From assembly GCA_030692355.1 (NCBI GenBank), contig JAUYCF010000085.1:21880-85879 (forward strand): a stretch of 64,000 nucleotides of DNA. The letters run 5' to 3'. Shown here piece by piece: positions 41,048 to 51,125 of the stretch. How positions within the stretch are numbered: position 1 is the first letter of the stretch; every line of letters starts with the position of its first letter. The position numbers were made by a program, and so were the translations under genes. Source of the stretch: Thiobacillus sp. Its GTDB lineage: Bacteria; Pseudomonadota; Gammaproteobacteria; Burkholderiales; Thiobacillaceae. The notes beneath the pieces were generated by a model. The model saw nothing but the letters and a program-made list of their open reading frames with translations, made no database searches and had not been told where the DNA came from.

Positions 41048-42537
41048 CAGGTCCACGCCTCCAGGGCTTTTTTGGCAACCGCCACGTCGGAGAACGGCAG
41101 CCGCGCGCCAGCGACTTCCTGGTAATCCTCGTGGCCCTTGCCGGCGATCACCACCACGTCGCCGTGATGCGCGCCGCCGATGGCCTCGAAAATTGCGCGC
41201 GCGCGATCCGGTTCGACGCGCGGCTTGCTGCCGGCCCCCGCCAGGATGTCGTCGATGATGTGGCGCGGGTCTTCGTTGCGCGGGTTGTCGCTGGTGATCC
41301 AGACTTCGTCGGCGCCCGCGGCGGCGGCCTGCCCCATCAGCGGGCGTTTGCCGCGGTCGCGGTTGCCGCCGCAGCCGAAGACGCAGATCAGCCGCCCGCC
41401 GCCGGCGATTTCACGCAGGGTGGCGAGCACTTTCTCCAGCGCGTCGGGGGTGTGGGCGTAGTCCACCACCACCAGCGGATGCGCATTGCCGCCAAGGGTC
41501 TGCATCCGCCCCGGTGGCGGTGTGATGTGCGCAAGCGCCCGGCAGGAGTCGTCCAGCTTCACGCCTGAAACCAGCAGGGTGGTGAGTACGGCGAGCAGGT
41601 TGGCGGCATTGAAACGTCCCAGCAGCGGCGCGTCGATCCCGGCATTGCCCCAGTCGGTGTGTACTGCGAGGTGCAGGCCCGCCTGCGACAGGCGCAGCTT
41701 TTCGCCGATCACAGCGCCGCGCTGGAAGCCATAGCCGGCGACGCGCGCCGGCCGCGTCTCCGCCTCCAGCCGCTGGCCGAAGGCATCGTCGACGTTGACC
41801 ACCACCCACTCCAGCCCCGGCCAGCCAAACAGCCGCGCCTTGGCATCGGCATAGCTGTCCATGTCGCCGTGGTAGTCGAGATGGTCGCGCGACAGGTTGG
41901 TCAGCACCGCAACGTTGAACGCCGTGCCGTTGAGCCGTCCCTGCGCCAGGCCGTGCGACGACACTTCCATCGCGCACGCCGCCGCGCCCTGCTGCCGGTA
42001 GTACGCGAGGCGCTGCTGCAGGTCGATGGCGTCGGGCGTGGTGTTGAGCGCGGGCGTGAGCGCGTCGGGGAAGCCGTTGCCGACGGTGCCGATGACGGCG
42101 GTTTTACGCCCCAGCTGCGTGAACGCCTGCGCTACCCAGTGCGCCACCGAGGTCTTGCCGTTGGTGCCGGTGATGCCGACCATGTGCAGCGCGCGCGAAG
42201 GCTCGCCGTAGACGTGAGCGGCGATTTCGCCGATGCGGGTTTTCAGGCCGGGCACGCCGGCGTTGGGCACATCAAGGGCGGGATCCCACTGGTAGTGATC
42301 AGCTTCCCACAGCACGCCGTCGACGCGCTGCGCTACCGCCTGCGCGATGAAGTCGCGGCCATCGCGCGTCTCCCCCGGATAGGCGGCGAACACCGTGCCC
42401 GGCATGGCCTTGCGGCTGTTGTTGACGAGTTCGGCAACGCCGATGCCGAGCCGCTCCAGAATGTGCGGCACGGATTCCCGGATCGCCTGCGATGCGGCCA
42501 GGCCGGGGCCTGTGCTCTTTTGGGTATTCGCCATCAC
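41047..42537 (-). CDS. murE: UDP-MurNAc-dipeptide meso-DAP ligase
   Basis: ITGTNGKTS, MEVSSH, DYAHTPDAL, DNPR, AGKGHEDYQ. Confidence 0.96.
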   Translation of the reverse strand: MMANTQKSTGPGLAASQAIRESVPHILERLGIGVAELVNNSRKAMPGTVFAAYPGETRDGRDFIAQAVAQRVDGVLWEADHYQWDPALDVPNAGVPGLKTRIGEIAAHVYGEPSRALHMVGITGTNGKTSVAHWVAQAFTQLGRKTAVIGTVGNGFPDALTPALNTTPDAIDLQQRLAYYRQQGAAACAMEVSSHGLAQGRLNGTAFNVAVLTNLSRDHLDYHGDMDSYADAKARLFGWPGLEWVVVNVDDAFGQRLEAETRPARVAGYGFQRGAVIGEKLRLSQAGLHLAVHTDWGNAGIDAPLLGRFNAANLLAVLTTLLVSGVKLDDSCRALAHITPPPGRMQTLGGNAHPLVVVDYAHTPDALEKVLATLREIAGGGRLICVFGCGGNRDRGKRPLMGQAAAAGADEVWITSDNPRNEDPRHIIDDILAGAGSKPRVEPDRARAIFEAIGGAHHGDVVVIAGKGHEDYQEVAGARLPFSDVAVAKKALEAWT

Positions 42538-44276
42538 GCGCCCCCTCCCATGCGCGCCATCACGGGCTGTGCGTTCTGCGTCATCTGGGTCGCGGTTTCC
42601 GGCGCATCCGGCGGCAGCGCCAGCTGGCGCAAGCTGGCGGCCATTACCTGCGCAAACACCGGGCCGGCCACGCTGCCGCCGAAATACACCCCCCCGGACG
42701 GCTCGTCGATCACCACGCCGATGATGAGGCGCGGGTTGGACGCCGGCGCCATGCCGACGAAGGAAGACAGATAGCGGTCGGACGCGTAGCGGCCGTCGAC
42801 CAGCTTGTGCGCGGTGCCGGTCTTGCCGGCCACGCGATAGCCCGGCACCCGGGTGCGCAGGCCGGTGCCGCCTTCCTGCGTCACCGTTTCCATCATGGCG
42901 CGCACCTTGCGCGCCACGCCTGGGGAGAACACCCGCTCGCCGACGATTTCCTGCGGTTCGCGCTTGAGGAACGACAACGGCATCACTTCGCCGTCGTTGG
43001 CAAAGGCCATATAGGCACGGGTCAGCTGCAACAGGCTGACCGACAGACCGTAGCCATACGCCATGGTGGCGTGCTCGACCGGTTTCCAGGTGGCGGCATC
43101 GCGCAGACGACCGGCGGTCTCGCCGGGGAAGCCCGAGCCCGGCAGCTGGCCGAAGCCGGAACGGTGCAGCACGTCCCAGTATTCCAGCGGGGTCAGCGAC
43201 ATGGCCAGCTTCACCGCGCCGACGTTGCTCGATTTCTGGATGATCTCGCTCACCGTCAATTGGGGATGCGGGTGCGTGTCGCGCACCAGCTTGGCGCCGA
43301 CGCGCCAGGTTTCCGGTGTGTCGATGACGCTGTCGGGACGAAACAGGCCGCGCTCCAGCACCGCCGCCGCGACGAAGGGCTTGATGGTGGAGCCCGGCTC
43401 GAAGGTGTCGATCACCGCGCGGTTGCGCATCGGCCCCGGCTGGTAATTACTGCGGTTGTTGGGGTTGAAGATCGGCTGGTTGGCCAGCGCGAGAATCTCG
43501 CCGGTCTTGGCGTCGAGCACCACCACGCTGCCGCCCTTGGCCTTGTGCGTGGCAATCGCAGCCGCCAGCTCGCGGTGCGCCAGATACTGGATGTTCAGAT
43601 CGAGCGACAGCGCCAGGTTGCCGCCCATCTGCGCGGTCCGGATCGGCGCCAGGTCGCGGATGGTGTTGCCGCGGCGATCGCGCTGAATGTGGCGCTGGCC
43701 CTCGCGGCCGGCCAGCCAGTCCTGATAGGCGCGCTCGACGCCTTCCTGGCCGAGATCGTCCACATTGGTGAAGCCGACCACGTGCGCCGCCACTTCGCCC
43801 GCCGGGTAATAGCGGCGGAATTCGCGTCGCAGGTGCAGGCCCGGCACCCCCATGGCGGCGATCTTGACCGCCTGCTCCGGCGTCACCGGGCGCCGCACGC
43901 TGAATTCGCCGCGCGTCTTGCGCGCCAGCGTTTTGGTGAGTTCCTGGGTCGATACGCCGAGCACTTTGGCCAGCTGCGCGCGCTCGCCGTCGGACAGCTT
44001 GAGTTCTTGTGGGCGCGCCCACAGGGATTCGACCGGCGTGCTGATCGCCAGCAGCTGGCCGTGGCGGTCGGACACCTGGCCGCGGTGCGCGGGCAGGGTG
44101 AGGTTGCGGTTGGCCACCGCGTCGCCCTTGCCCTGAAGATAGTCGGTATTGAGGCCCTGCAGATAAAACGCCCGCCCCGCCACCACCGCCAGCCCGGCAA
44201 GCAGCAGGCTGCCTACCGTCGCCATGCGCCAGGGCGCAAGATTGAGCTTGAGGAGTTTCTTCGAGTGGTAATTCAT
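42534..44276 (-). CDS. ftsI: Septal transpeptidase PBP3
   Basis: EPGSTIKP, KSSN, GKTGT; N-terminal TM and dimerisation domain. Confidence 0.96.
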   Translation of the reverse strand: MNYHSKKLLKLNLAPWRMATVGSLLLAGLAVVAGRAFYLQGLNTDYLQGKGDAVANRNLTLPAHRGQVSDRHGQLLAISTPVESLWARPQELKLSDGERAQLAKVLGVSTQELTKTLARKTRGEFSVRRPVTPEQAVKIAAMGVPGLHLRREFRRYYPAGEVAAHVVGFTNVDDLGQEGVERAYQDWLAGREGQRHIQRDRRGNTIRDLAPIRTAQMGGNLALSLDLNIQYLAHRELAAAIATHKAKGGSVVVLDAKTGEILALANQPIFNPNNRSNYQPGPMRNRAVIDTFEPGSTIKPFVAAAVLERGLFRPDSVIDTPETWRVGAKLVRDTHPHPQLTVSEIIQKSSNVGAVKLAMSLTPLEYWDVLHRSGFGQLPGSGFPGETAGRLRDAATWKPVEHATMAYGYGLSVSLLQLTRAYMAFANDGEVMPLSFLKREPQEIVGERVFSPGVARKVRAMMETVTQEGGTGLRTRVPGYRVAGKTGTAHKLVDGRYASDRYLSSFVGMAPASNPRLIIGVVIDEPSGGVYFGGSVAGPVFAQVMAASLRQLALPPDAPETATQMTQNAQPVMARMGGGA

Positions 44277-44545
44277 GGCGCGGCAGTCAGCGTTTCAGTG
44301 CGCACCCGGTCATGCGGCGGCGCAATCAGGCCGAGCCGGGTGCGTGCGAGCGTATCGACCCGCGCCGGGTTGGCCCAGGTGCTTTGCTCCAGCTGCAGTT
44401 TTCCCCATTGCTCGTCCAGCCCGTGCGCCTGCTTCTTGAGGCGTTCCAGTTCCACAAAATACGTGCGCGAGCGGTGCTGCGACTGGATCACCGCCAGCGC
44501 ACAGGCCACCAGCGCCAACGCCAGAATGGCATTGATTCGACTCAT
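44273..44545 (-). CDS. ftsL: Cell division protein FtsL
   Basis: TM plus coiled coil with LQLEQSTW; position between rsmH and ftsI. Confidence 0.92.
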   Translation of the reverse strand: MSRINAILALALVACALAVIQSQHRSRTYFVELERLKKQAHGLDEQWGKLQLEQSTWANPARVDTLARTRLGLIAPPHDRVRTETLTAAP

Positions 44546-45471
44546 GCCTCAGCCACCCGTTCCGCCACCCGCAATACGGCGCTGCGCGCCCGCGGGTTGG
44601 CCGCCACTTCGGCGTCTGTCGCGCGCTGGGCGCGTCCCACCAGCCTCAAGCGCCCCGGTTTCAGCATGGCGGCCTGAATCGGCAGGCGCCGCGGCGCCTG
44701 CTCGCCCATCGCCTCGTCGCGCATGAAGCGCTTGGCGATGCGGTCTTCCAGCGAATGAAAGCTGATAACCGCGAGCCGGCCGCCGGGTTTCAGTTTGTCC
44801 ACGCATTGCGGCAGCACGGCACTCAGTTCTTCCAGTTCGCGGTTGATGTAAATCCGTATAGCCTGGAAGCTGCGGGTCGCCGGGTGTTGCCCCGGCTCGC
44901 GCTTTTTGACCGTCGCGGCGATGAGGTTCGCCAGTTGCCCGGTGCTGCGGATGGCTGCTTCCTGGCGTGCCGCAACAATCGCGCGCGCAATCGATTTAGC
45001 AAACCGCTCTTCCCCGTAGGTGCGGATGACTTCACTGATCTCCCCCTCTTCCGCCGTCGCCAGCCAGTCCGCCGCCGACAGCCCGCTTCCCGGATCCATG
45101 CGCATGTCGAGCGGCGCATCGAAGCGGAAGCTGAATCCGCGCGTCGCGTCATCGAGCTGCGGCGACGACACCCCGATATCCAGCAAAATTCCGTCCACCT
45201 GCGTCAAACCCATTTCGTCGAGCACCGCGCCCAGCCGCGAAAACGCGCTTTGCACCAGCGTCAGCCGTGCATCCTGCAGCGCCGCACCCGCGCGGATGGC
45301 GTCCGGGTCGCGATCCAGCGCGATCAGGCGTCCAGCCGGCCCCAGCTGCGCCAGGATCAACCGGCTATGGCCGCCGCGCCCGAACGTGGCGTCGACATAC
45401 ATGCCATCAGGCCTGATCGTCAGCGCCGCCACCGCCTCCTGTGCCAGCACCGGCACATGGGCGGTCTCCAT
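44542..45471 (-). CDS. rsmH: 16S rRNA m4C1402 methyltransferase
   Basis: [40 protein letters not shown]. Confidence 0.96.
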   Translation of the reverse strand: METAHVPVLAQEAVAALTIRPDGMYVDATFGRGGHSRLILAQLGPAGRLIALDRDPDAIRAGAALQDARLTLVQSAFSRLGAVLDEMGLTQVDGILLDIGVSSPQLDDATRGFSFRFDAPLDMRMDPGSGLSAADWLATAEEGEISEVIRTYGEERFAKSIARAIVAARQEAAIRSTGQLANLIAATVKKREPGQHPATRSFQAIRIYINRELEELSAVLPQCVDKLKPGGRLAVISFHSLEDRIAKRFMRDEAMGEQAPRRLPIQAAMLKPGRLRLVGRAQRATDAEVAANPRARSAVLRVAERVAEA

Positions 45472-45917
45472 CACAACGTAAAGCCTTCCAGTTCGGGCGG
45501 CAGCGCGTCGTCGCTGAAGGTCAGCGCCTGCGCCACCTGCGCCTCCCAGCGCGCCTCGTTCCACAACTCCACCTTGCTGCCCTGGCCCACCATCACCACG
45601 TTTTTATCCAGATCGGCGAACTTGCGCAGCATCGGCGGCAGCAGCACGCGACCGGCGCTGTCCATGTCCATGTCGTGCGCATAGCCGACGAGCAATTGTT
45701 TGAGACTGCGGGTGCGGGGATTGAAGTCGGACAGCCCGTTGAGCTTTTTCTCGATCGGCTCCCACTCGGGCAGGGGATAGAGCAGCAGGCACTGGCTGGG
45801 GTCGGCGGTGATCACCACGCGCCCGCCGCCGTTCACCAGAAGGGCGTCACGGTAGCGCGCCGGCACCACGAGCCGGTTCTTGCTGTCCAGACTGACCGTT
45901 GCGACCCCCCGGAACAT
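45471..45917 (-). CDS. mraZ: Transcriptional regulator MraZ
   Basis: [14 protein letters not shown] and [10 protein letters not shown] repeats; first gene of the dcw cluster. Confidence 0.96.
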   Translation of the reverse strand: MFRGVATVSLDSKNRLVVPARYRDALLVNGGGRVVITADPSQCLLLYPLPEWEPIEKKLNGLSDFNPRTRSLKQLLVGYAHDMDMDSAGRVLLPPMLRKFADLDKNVVMVGQGSKVELWNEARWEAQVAQALTFSDDALPPELEGFTL

Positions 45918-45970
45918 GCGCTTTCCCCATTATTGAAATTAGATTTGACCGCGTTTGGCTGGGCGCATTC

Positions 45971-46006
45971 TCCCACAACCTCCCACCAATCACCACTTGC
46001 ACCCAC
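45971..46006 (-). promoter_or_regulatory. Four MraZ-type GTGGG boxes at 10-nt period
   Basis: GTGGGT, GTGGTG, GTGGGA and GTGGGA on minus at 46006, 45996, 45986 and 45976. Confidence 0.8.
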
Positions 46007-46033
46007 TATAGGGGATAGTTTTGTGAGGGTCAA
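46005..46033 (-). promoter_or_regulatory. Sigma70 promoter of the dcw cluster
   Basis: TTGACC (46033-46028), N17, TATAGT (46010-46005). Confidence 0.8.
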
Positions 46034-46045
46034 GCCGACAGGCGC

Positions 46046-46078
46046 AAAAAAACCCCTATGCCTCAAGGACTTAGGGGT
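46046..46078 (-). terminator. Probable intrinsic terminator downstream of rnpB
   Basis: ACCCCTA...TAGGGGT stem followed by a T-run on the minus strand. Confidence 0.55.
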
Positions 46079-46088
46079 GGTTTTGGGT

Positions 46089-46109
46089 TGTGGATAAGTT
46101 TCTGGAAAA
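46089..46109. promoter_or_regulatory. Consensus DnaA box plus adjacent degenerate box
   Basis: TGTGGATAA (46089-46097, reverse of TTATCCACA) and TCTGGAAAA (46101-46109). Confidence 0.55.
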
Positions 46110-46183
46110 ACCGTAGCTTAGCGGCGAATTCTGCCTGTTTTTTTAGGTAAAAACGCTAAGTATTTGAATTGCATGAAAAGTGG

Positions 46184-46469
46184 GAAAGCCAGTCGATAAG
46201 CCGGGTTCTGTCGTGGACAACCATTCCTCTAGGCCGGCCATTGCTGACCGGCTCCAGCCACCTACCCGCAGACTCGGCGAGCCGCGTCATCGTCTGCCTA
46301 TTTGGTGTTGCTCCGGATGGAGGTTACCGCGTTTCACCGTAACTTAATACGCTCGTCTCTGTGGCCCTATTCCTCGCCTCGCGGCGTCCGGCCGTTAGCC
46401 GGCATCCTGCTCTGTGGAGCCCGGACTTTCCTCTCCCACTTGCGTGGCAGCGGTTGTCTGATCGGCTTC
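46184..46469 (-). ncRNA. rnpB: RNase P RNA, compact type A
   Basis: GAGGAAAGUCCGGGC, ACAGAGAC, GGUGAAAC, GAGCAA..CCAAAUAGG and ACAGAACCCGGCUUAU signatures; P1 pairing; TATAAT at 46484-46479. Confidence 0.95.
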
Positions 46470-46521
46470 CCCAAGGAGATTATAAGACTTTTACCCGACC
46501 CACGCGGGACGATGGGCCGGT

Positions 46522-46694
46522 TTACCCGGGATTGTTCATCAAACGATTCGTAACCGCAGGGTGTACTCCGTGCACCGATCAATGTCAGGTATCCGTAGGG
46601 TGCGCCGTGCGCACCGAACCAAACTTCCGCCCCGGCACGTAGGGTGCACTCCGTGCACGCGATATTCAAAAATGGTGCGCACGGCGCACCCTAC
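46522..46694. repeat. Cluster of four GTAG-family REP palindromes preceded by a MITE-like end
   Basis: G(T/C)AGGGTG..C.CCGTGCACC-type copies at 46556, 46595, 46639 (+) and 46674-46694 (-); TTACCCGGGATTGTTCAT at 46522-46539. Confidence 0.82.
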
Positions 46695-46958
46695 AGTCGC
46701 GAGCCTTGCGATGACGGATCGTTCATGGTTCACGGCTCACAGGCATCGATGCATCGATCAGTGCAGATTTGCGGAACCACTTCTGTCGGTGGGTTTCATG
46801 CGAATGACCCGGATTGTATGAGGCTTGAATCCTGGCCTGTAGAGGGCGAGCCCGCACACCTCCCGACAATCAGGCGAGGGAGGGTCTGGTTTTTGCGTGA
46901 TTTGTCATTCCTGCATCGCATCTGAATTCTCATCACTGCCCGAATGATTCGCGCGGCT

Positions 46959-47936
46959 TCATGAGGATGCTGTTTTTGATTCCAGTTCCGGGGTATAGCA
47001 AGTGACCTGGTTGCGCCCATTTTCCTTGCCATGGTAAAGCGCGCGATCGGAGCAACCAATAAGATGCTCATAATTGGGTACGTCCGGTTCGAATTCGGCA
47101 ATACCAATACTGACGGTGACCGGAATGGAGATTCCCTTATAGGCGACCGGCGCCTGTTCGATGGCCAGTCTTATTCTCTCGGCCAAAATCAGGGCAGACT
47201 GCATCGGGGTGGCTGGAAGAATGATGCCAAATTCCTCTCCGCCATAGCGACCCATCACATCGACGGAGCGCAGGAGGCTGTTGATATGACTCGATACGAC
47301 ACGCAATACTTCATCCCCGGCCAGATGTCCGTAGGTATCGTTGATTCTCTTGAAGTGATCAAGATCGAAAAGGACAAAGGAAAACTGGTCGCGATACCGT
47401 CGGCACCGGTCGAACTCGGCTGAAAGACGCAGTTCGAGATAACGGCGGTTGTATATTCCGGTCAGCCCGTCGCGATTGCTGCTGTCGCTCAGGCTTTTCA
47501 TGGCCTTTTTCAGCGCGGTCTGGGAAATGCCGATGTCGGTTGCGTCAAACAGGGTAATGCATACCGAATCGACCTCACCCGCCGCGCCCTTTACCGGCAT
47601 GAAGGTACAATTCTGGTACATGTGATCGACCCCGCCGGTAATGGGGCGGTTATGCGGAAAGCGGAACAGGTAGGGCCTTTGCTCCCACGAAGTGAAAGCA
47701 AAGTTCTTGAGCAGGAAAACGCCCAAAATTTTCTTGCTTAACCAGGCTTTGGGGAGTTCGGGAAAACATTCAAACAGGTTTTTGCCAACGATCGCATCCG
47801 CGCCAAGCCCGCTGTGGTTGCACATGAAGTTGTTCCACAGCGTGACCTCCATCTTTTTGTTGACCACGAATATCCCGACATCGACCCATTTAACGATGAA
47901 GTCAGGAAGATTGATGTCTTGCGGGGAATCGTTCAA
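46959..47936 (-). CDS. PAS-GGDEF diguanylate cyclase
   Basis: DGLTGIYNRR, DLDHFKRIND, RSVD I-site then GRYGGEEF. Start uncertain (TTG 47936 or upstream). Confidence 0.9.
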   Translation of the reverse strand: MNDSPQDINLPDFIVKWVDVGIFVVNKKMEVTLWNNFMCNHSGLGADAIVGKNLFECFPELPKAWLSKKILGVFLLKNFAFTSWEQRPYLFRFPHNRPITGGVDHMYQNCTFMPVKGAAGEVDSVCITLFDATDIGISQTALKKAMKSLSDSSNRDGLTGIYNRRYLELRLSAEFDRCRRYRDQFSFVLFDLDHFKRINDTYGHLAGDEVLRVVSSHINSLLRSVDVMGRYGGEEFGIILPATPMQSALILAERIRLAIEQAPVAYKGISIPVTVSIGIAEFEPDVPNYEHLIGCSDRALYHGKENGRNQVTCYTPELESKTASS

Positions 47937-47950
47937 GGTGATGTGGCCGT

Positions 47951-48589
47951 TCAATAACTTTCGACAAACCTGTCGAGAATGCTGCACATTTTCTCGATGG
48001 AATGCTCCGGCATCAGCATGCAGAGATGCGAAATGAAATTCCGTCCCTCCAGGGTGAAGTTGACTTCTACCAGTAGCGCATGGGTCCAGCTAAGCTTGTC
48101 CGGATTGATCAGGGCGTCGGCGGGCACGCTTTCGGCCATGACGGAAGGCGCGGAAAAGCCGAGCTCGGCAGTGCCATGCGCTTCCGTCAGATTCTTGATT
48201 TGATCGACGATCCCGCCAAGGCACGCACCCACAAGGACGTTGCTGACATCGAGCAATAGCTCCGTTTCTTCCGACCGGTCAAGCTCTTCGTCATAACCCA
48301 TCAGGTCGCCCAGTTCCGTGCAACCATTCTGGCCATAGATAACCAGGGCTTCACCCGTCAGGTACCCCTGGAAGGACTGTCGAACCGCGGTGACGTCTAT
48401 ATCGCTGCCAACCATGTCCCTTATGGCGCGGGCAACTTCCGCGAGTGCAAGCACTTTGATGCGCGGCACGGAAAGGTTCACGAAATTCCCCAGCAGCTCG
48501 GCAAGCAATGAACCCGCCTGCCCCATGGCTATATTGGTAATCTCCTGCATTGCATCGCGCTGGTCTTCGGTCAATTGCATGGCGCTCAT
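47951..48589 (-). CDS. CheC-like aspartyl-phosphate phosphatase
   Basis: DAMQEITNIAMGQA and LLDVSNVLVGAC (two E/D-x2-N motifs). Confidence 0.82.
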   Translation of the reverse strand: MSAMQLTEDQRDAMQEITNIAMGQAGSLLAELLGNFVNLSVPRIKVLALAEVARAIRDMVGSDIDVTAVRQSFQGYLTGEALVIYGQNGCTELGDLMGYDEELDRSEETELLLDVSNVLVGACLGGIVDQIKNLTEAHGTAELGFSAPSVMAESVPADALINPDKLSWTHALLVEVNFTLEGRNFISHLCMLMPEHSIEKMCSILDRFVESY

Positions 48590-48954
48590 AGTGCTATTCC
48601 ATATTGTTTGAGCGCCGATTCAATCAGGTCTGGATTGACCGGCTTTTTGATAAAAGCCATGGCGCCGAGCTTTTTCACCCGCTCCTGGGCAAGCGGTTGA
48701 ATGTCGGCCGAGACCACGATCACAAAACTGTTCAGGCCTTCCTTCTGAATGTTTTCCAGAACTTCATAGCCATCCATGACCGGCATGGTCAGATCCAGAA
48801 ACATGACATCGGCTTTGCCTGCACGATAGGCGTCGAGGGCCTCCTTGCCATTGACGGCCTGGGTGATTTCCACGTCCCATGTTGAAGGCAGCGACTTGAT
48901 CAACATCTTTCGCGCCATCGGTGAATCGTCAACTACGAGTATCGGCGTGGCCAT
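48586..48954 (-). CDS. Single-domain CheY-like response regulator
   Basis: LVVDDS, FLDLTMP, VSAD, FIKKP. Confidence 0.9.
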   Translation of the reverse strand: MATPILVVDDSPMARKMLIKSLPSTWDVEITQAVNGKEALDAYRAGKADVMFLDLTMPVMDGYEVLENIQKEGLNSFVIVVSADIQPLAQERVKKLGAMAFIKKPVNPDLIESALKQYGIAL

Positions 48955-49197
48955 AAGTAACCTATTGGTGTTTCCCCGCGCTGCCCCTTTCCCTGAGGGG
49001 CGTATTGAATCAATTTTGGGCTTTCCGCCTTGGGTTTTTTATTGGTCCTGACGTCGGCTTGCGGGGTGGGCAGCCATCGAGCCAGGGTAAATACGCTTCA
49101 TCCAACGTTCCAATTGTAGGGAAAAAGGCTCAAACACGACAGTTTGTCCGTTCGTCTCTCCTGCCCGATTATCGCACTGACCCGGTTTGTTGCTATT

Positions 49198-50232
49198 TTA
49201 TGCAACGGCGCGCCACCGAATCGTTTCGCCCGCCCGCAACGGCACCAGGGACTCCTCGCCCAGTTTGAGGCGGGCCGGCGCGTCCCAGCTTTCGCGCTTG
49301 AGGGTGATGGTGTCGGTGTTGCGCGGCAGGCCGTAGAAGTCGGCGCCGTGGAAGCTGGCGAAGGCTTCGAGCTTGTCGAGCGCGCCGGCGTCCTCGAACG
49401 CTTCGGCATAGAGTTCGATCGCGGCATGCGCGGTATAGATGCCGGCGCAGCCGCAGGCGGTTTCCTTGGCGCCCACCGCATGCGGCGCGGAATCGGTGCC
49501 GAGAAAGAACTTGGGGTTGCCGGAGATGGCCGCGGCGACCAGCGCCTGGCGATGCTGTTCGCGTTTCAGCACCGGCAGGCAATACATGTGCGGGCGGATG
49601 CCGCCCTTGAACATGGCGTTGCGGTTGTACAGCAGGTGATGCACGGTGACGGTGGCGGCGACGTTGGCCGGCGCGGCGGCGACGAACTCGGCGGCCTGGC
49701 GCGTGGTGATGTGTTCGAGCACGATTTTGAGCCGGGGGAAATCGCGCAGCAGCGGGATCAGGCGGCGCTCGATGAACACCGCTTCGCGGTCGAATACGTC
49801 GACCTCGGGATCGACCACTTCGCCGTGCAGCAGGAGCGGCAGGCCGGCTTCCTCCATCGCGGCGATCGCCTTGTAGGCCTTGGCGAGTTCGGTGACGCCG
49901 GAATCCGAATTGGTGGTCGCGCCGGCCGGGTAATACTTCACCGCGTGTATGAAGCCGCTTGCCCGCGCGCGACGGATTTCCTCGGGCGTCGTGTTGTCGG
50001 TGAGATAGAGCGTCATCAGCGGCTCGAACGCCGTGCCGGATGCGGCCGCCAGCAGGCGCTCGCGGTAGGCCGCCGCATCGGCCACGCTCACCACCGGCGG
50101 CCTCAGGTTGGGCATGGCGATGGCGCGGGCGAACACGCGCGCGGTGTCGGGCAGCACGCTCTGCATCGCGGCGCCGTCGCGGAAATGGATGTGCCAGTCG
50201 TCGGGGCGGATGAGGGTGAGGGTGTCGGTCAT
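49198..50232 (-). CDS. pyrC: Dihydroorotase
   Basis: [35 protein letters not shown]. Confidence 0.96.
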   Translation of the reverse strand: MTDTLTLIRPDDWHIHFRDGAAMQSVLPDTARVFARAIAMPNLRPPVVSVADAAAYRERLLAAASGTAFEPLMTLYLTDNTTPEEIRRARASGFIHAVKYYPAGATTNSDSGVTELAKAYKAIAAMEEAGLPLLLHGEVVDPEVDVFDREAVFIERRLIPLLRDFPRLKIVLEHITTRQAAEFVAAAPANVAATVTVHHLLYNRNAMFKGGIRPHMYCLPVLKREQHRQALVAAAISGNPKFFLGTDSAPHAVGAKETACGCAGIYTAHAAIELYAEAFEDAGALDKLEAFASFHGADFYGLPRNTDTITLKRESWDAPARLKLGEESLVPLRAGETIRWRAVA

Positions 50233-51107
50233 GCGTCGTCTTGAGCTTGCGGCTTGAGCGCCAAAGTCATTTTATAGAGTTCGGCTTTGCTGCGGCCGGT
50301 GATTTTCGCCGCCAGCCTGGCCGCCAGCGTCGGCGGCAGCTCGCCCAGCAGCACGTCGAGCACGCGCATCGCTTCAGCATCGACCATCGCGGCGGCGGCG
50401 GCCGGCGGATGCACGATGACGACGAATTCGCCGCGCACGTGGTTGGGGTCGGCGGCGAGCCAGGCGGGCGCCTCGGCGAGCGGCAGCGTGACGATATTCT
50501 CGAAGCGCTTGGTGAGCTCGCGCGCCAGCGTCACCGGTCGGGCGCCGTCCAGCACAGCCGCCATGTCGGCCAGCGTTTCCTCGATGCGGTGCGGTGCCTC
50601 GTAGAACACCAGCGCCGCCGGCAGCGCCGCCAGGGTTTGCAGTTGCGCACGGCGCGCGCCGGATTTGGGCGGCAGAAAACCGTGGAACAGCCACTGCCCG
50701 GACTCGATGCCGGCAACCGACAGCGCCGTGGTTACCGCTGCGGCGCCGGGGATCGGCACCACCGTCAGGCCCGCTGCACGCACCGCCGCCACCAGCCGCG
50801 CGCCGGGGTCGGACACCGCGGGCGTGCCGGCGTCCGACACATAGGCCACCGCCTCGCCTGCGGCGATCCACGCGATCACCTTGTCGGCGGCGGCGCGCTC
50901 GTTGTGCTCGCGGATCGACACCAGCGGTTTTCTGATATCGAAATGCGCCAGCAATTGCCCCGACACGCGGGTGTCTTCCGCCGCCACGTGATCGACGGAT
51001 TTCAGCGTGTCGAGCGCGCGCAACGTGATGTCGCCGAGGTTGCCGATCGGCGTGGCGACGACATAGAGCGCGGGCGGCAGACGGGTATGATGCGTCGATT
51101 CGTTCAT
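50229..51107 (-). CDS. rsmI: 16S rRNA Cm1402 2'-O-methyltransferase
   Basis: [44 protein letters not shown]. Confidence 0.95.
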   Translation of the reverse strand: MNESTHHTRLPPALYVVATPIGNLGDITLRALDTLKSVDHVAAEDTRVSGQLLAHFDIRKPLVSIREHNERAAADKVIAWIAAGEAVAYVSDAGTPAVSDPGARLVAAVRAAGLTVVPIPGAAAVTTALSVAGIESGQWLFHGFLPPKSGARRAQLQTLAALPAALVFYEAPHRIEETLADMAAVLDGARPVTLARELTKRFENIVTLPLAEAPAWLAADPNHVRGEFVVIVHPPAAAAAMVDAEAMRVLDVLLGELPPTLAARLAAKITGRSKAELYKMTLALKPQAQDDA

Positions 51108-51125
51108 GGGCCGTCATTGTCGCAG

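Noticed and set aside
46046-46180. Possible replication origin
   Set aside because: Only one perfect and one weak DnaA box, no clear unwinding element, no dnaA/dnaN/gidA context.
46522-46694. Regularly spaced repeats as a possible CRISPR array
   Set aside because: Repeats vary in sequence, the last is inverted, spacers are 14-23 nt, and no cas genes are present. The GTAG-hairpin structure fits REPs.
48955-49197. Riboswitch or FNR box upstream of the CheY-CheC-DGC operon
   Set aside because: No aptamer consensus; TTGAATCAA does not fit TTGAT-N4-ATCAA.
51105-51121. GACAAT-N8-ATG before rsmI as a fifth leaderless candidate
   Set aside because: Weaker hexamer and 8-nt spacing; too ambiguous to report.
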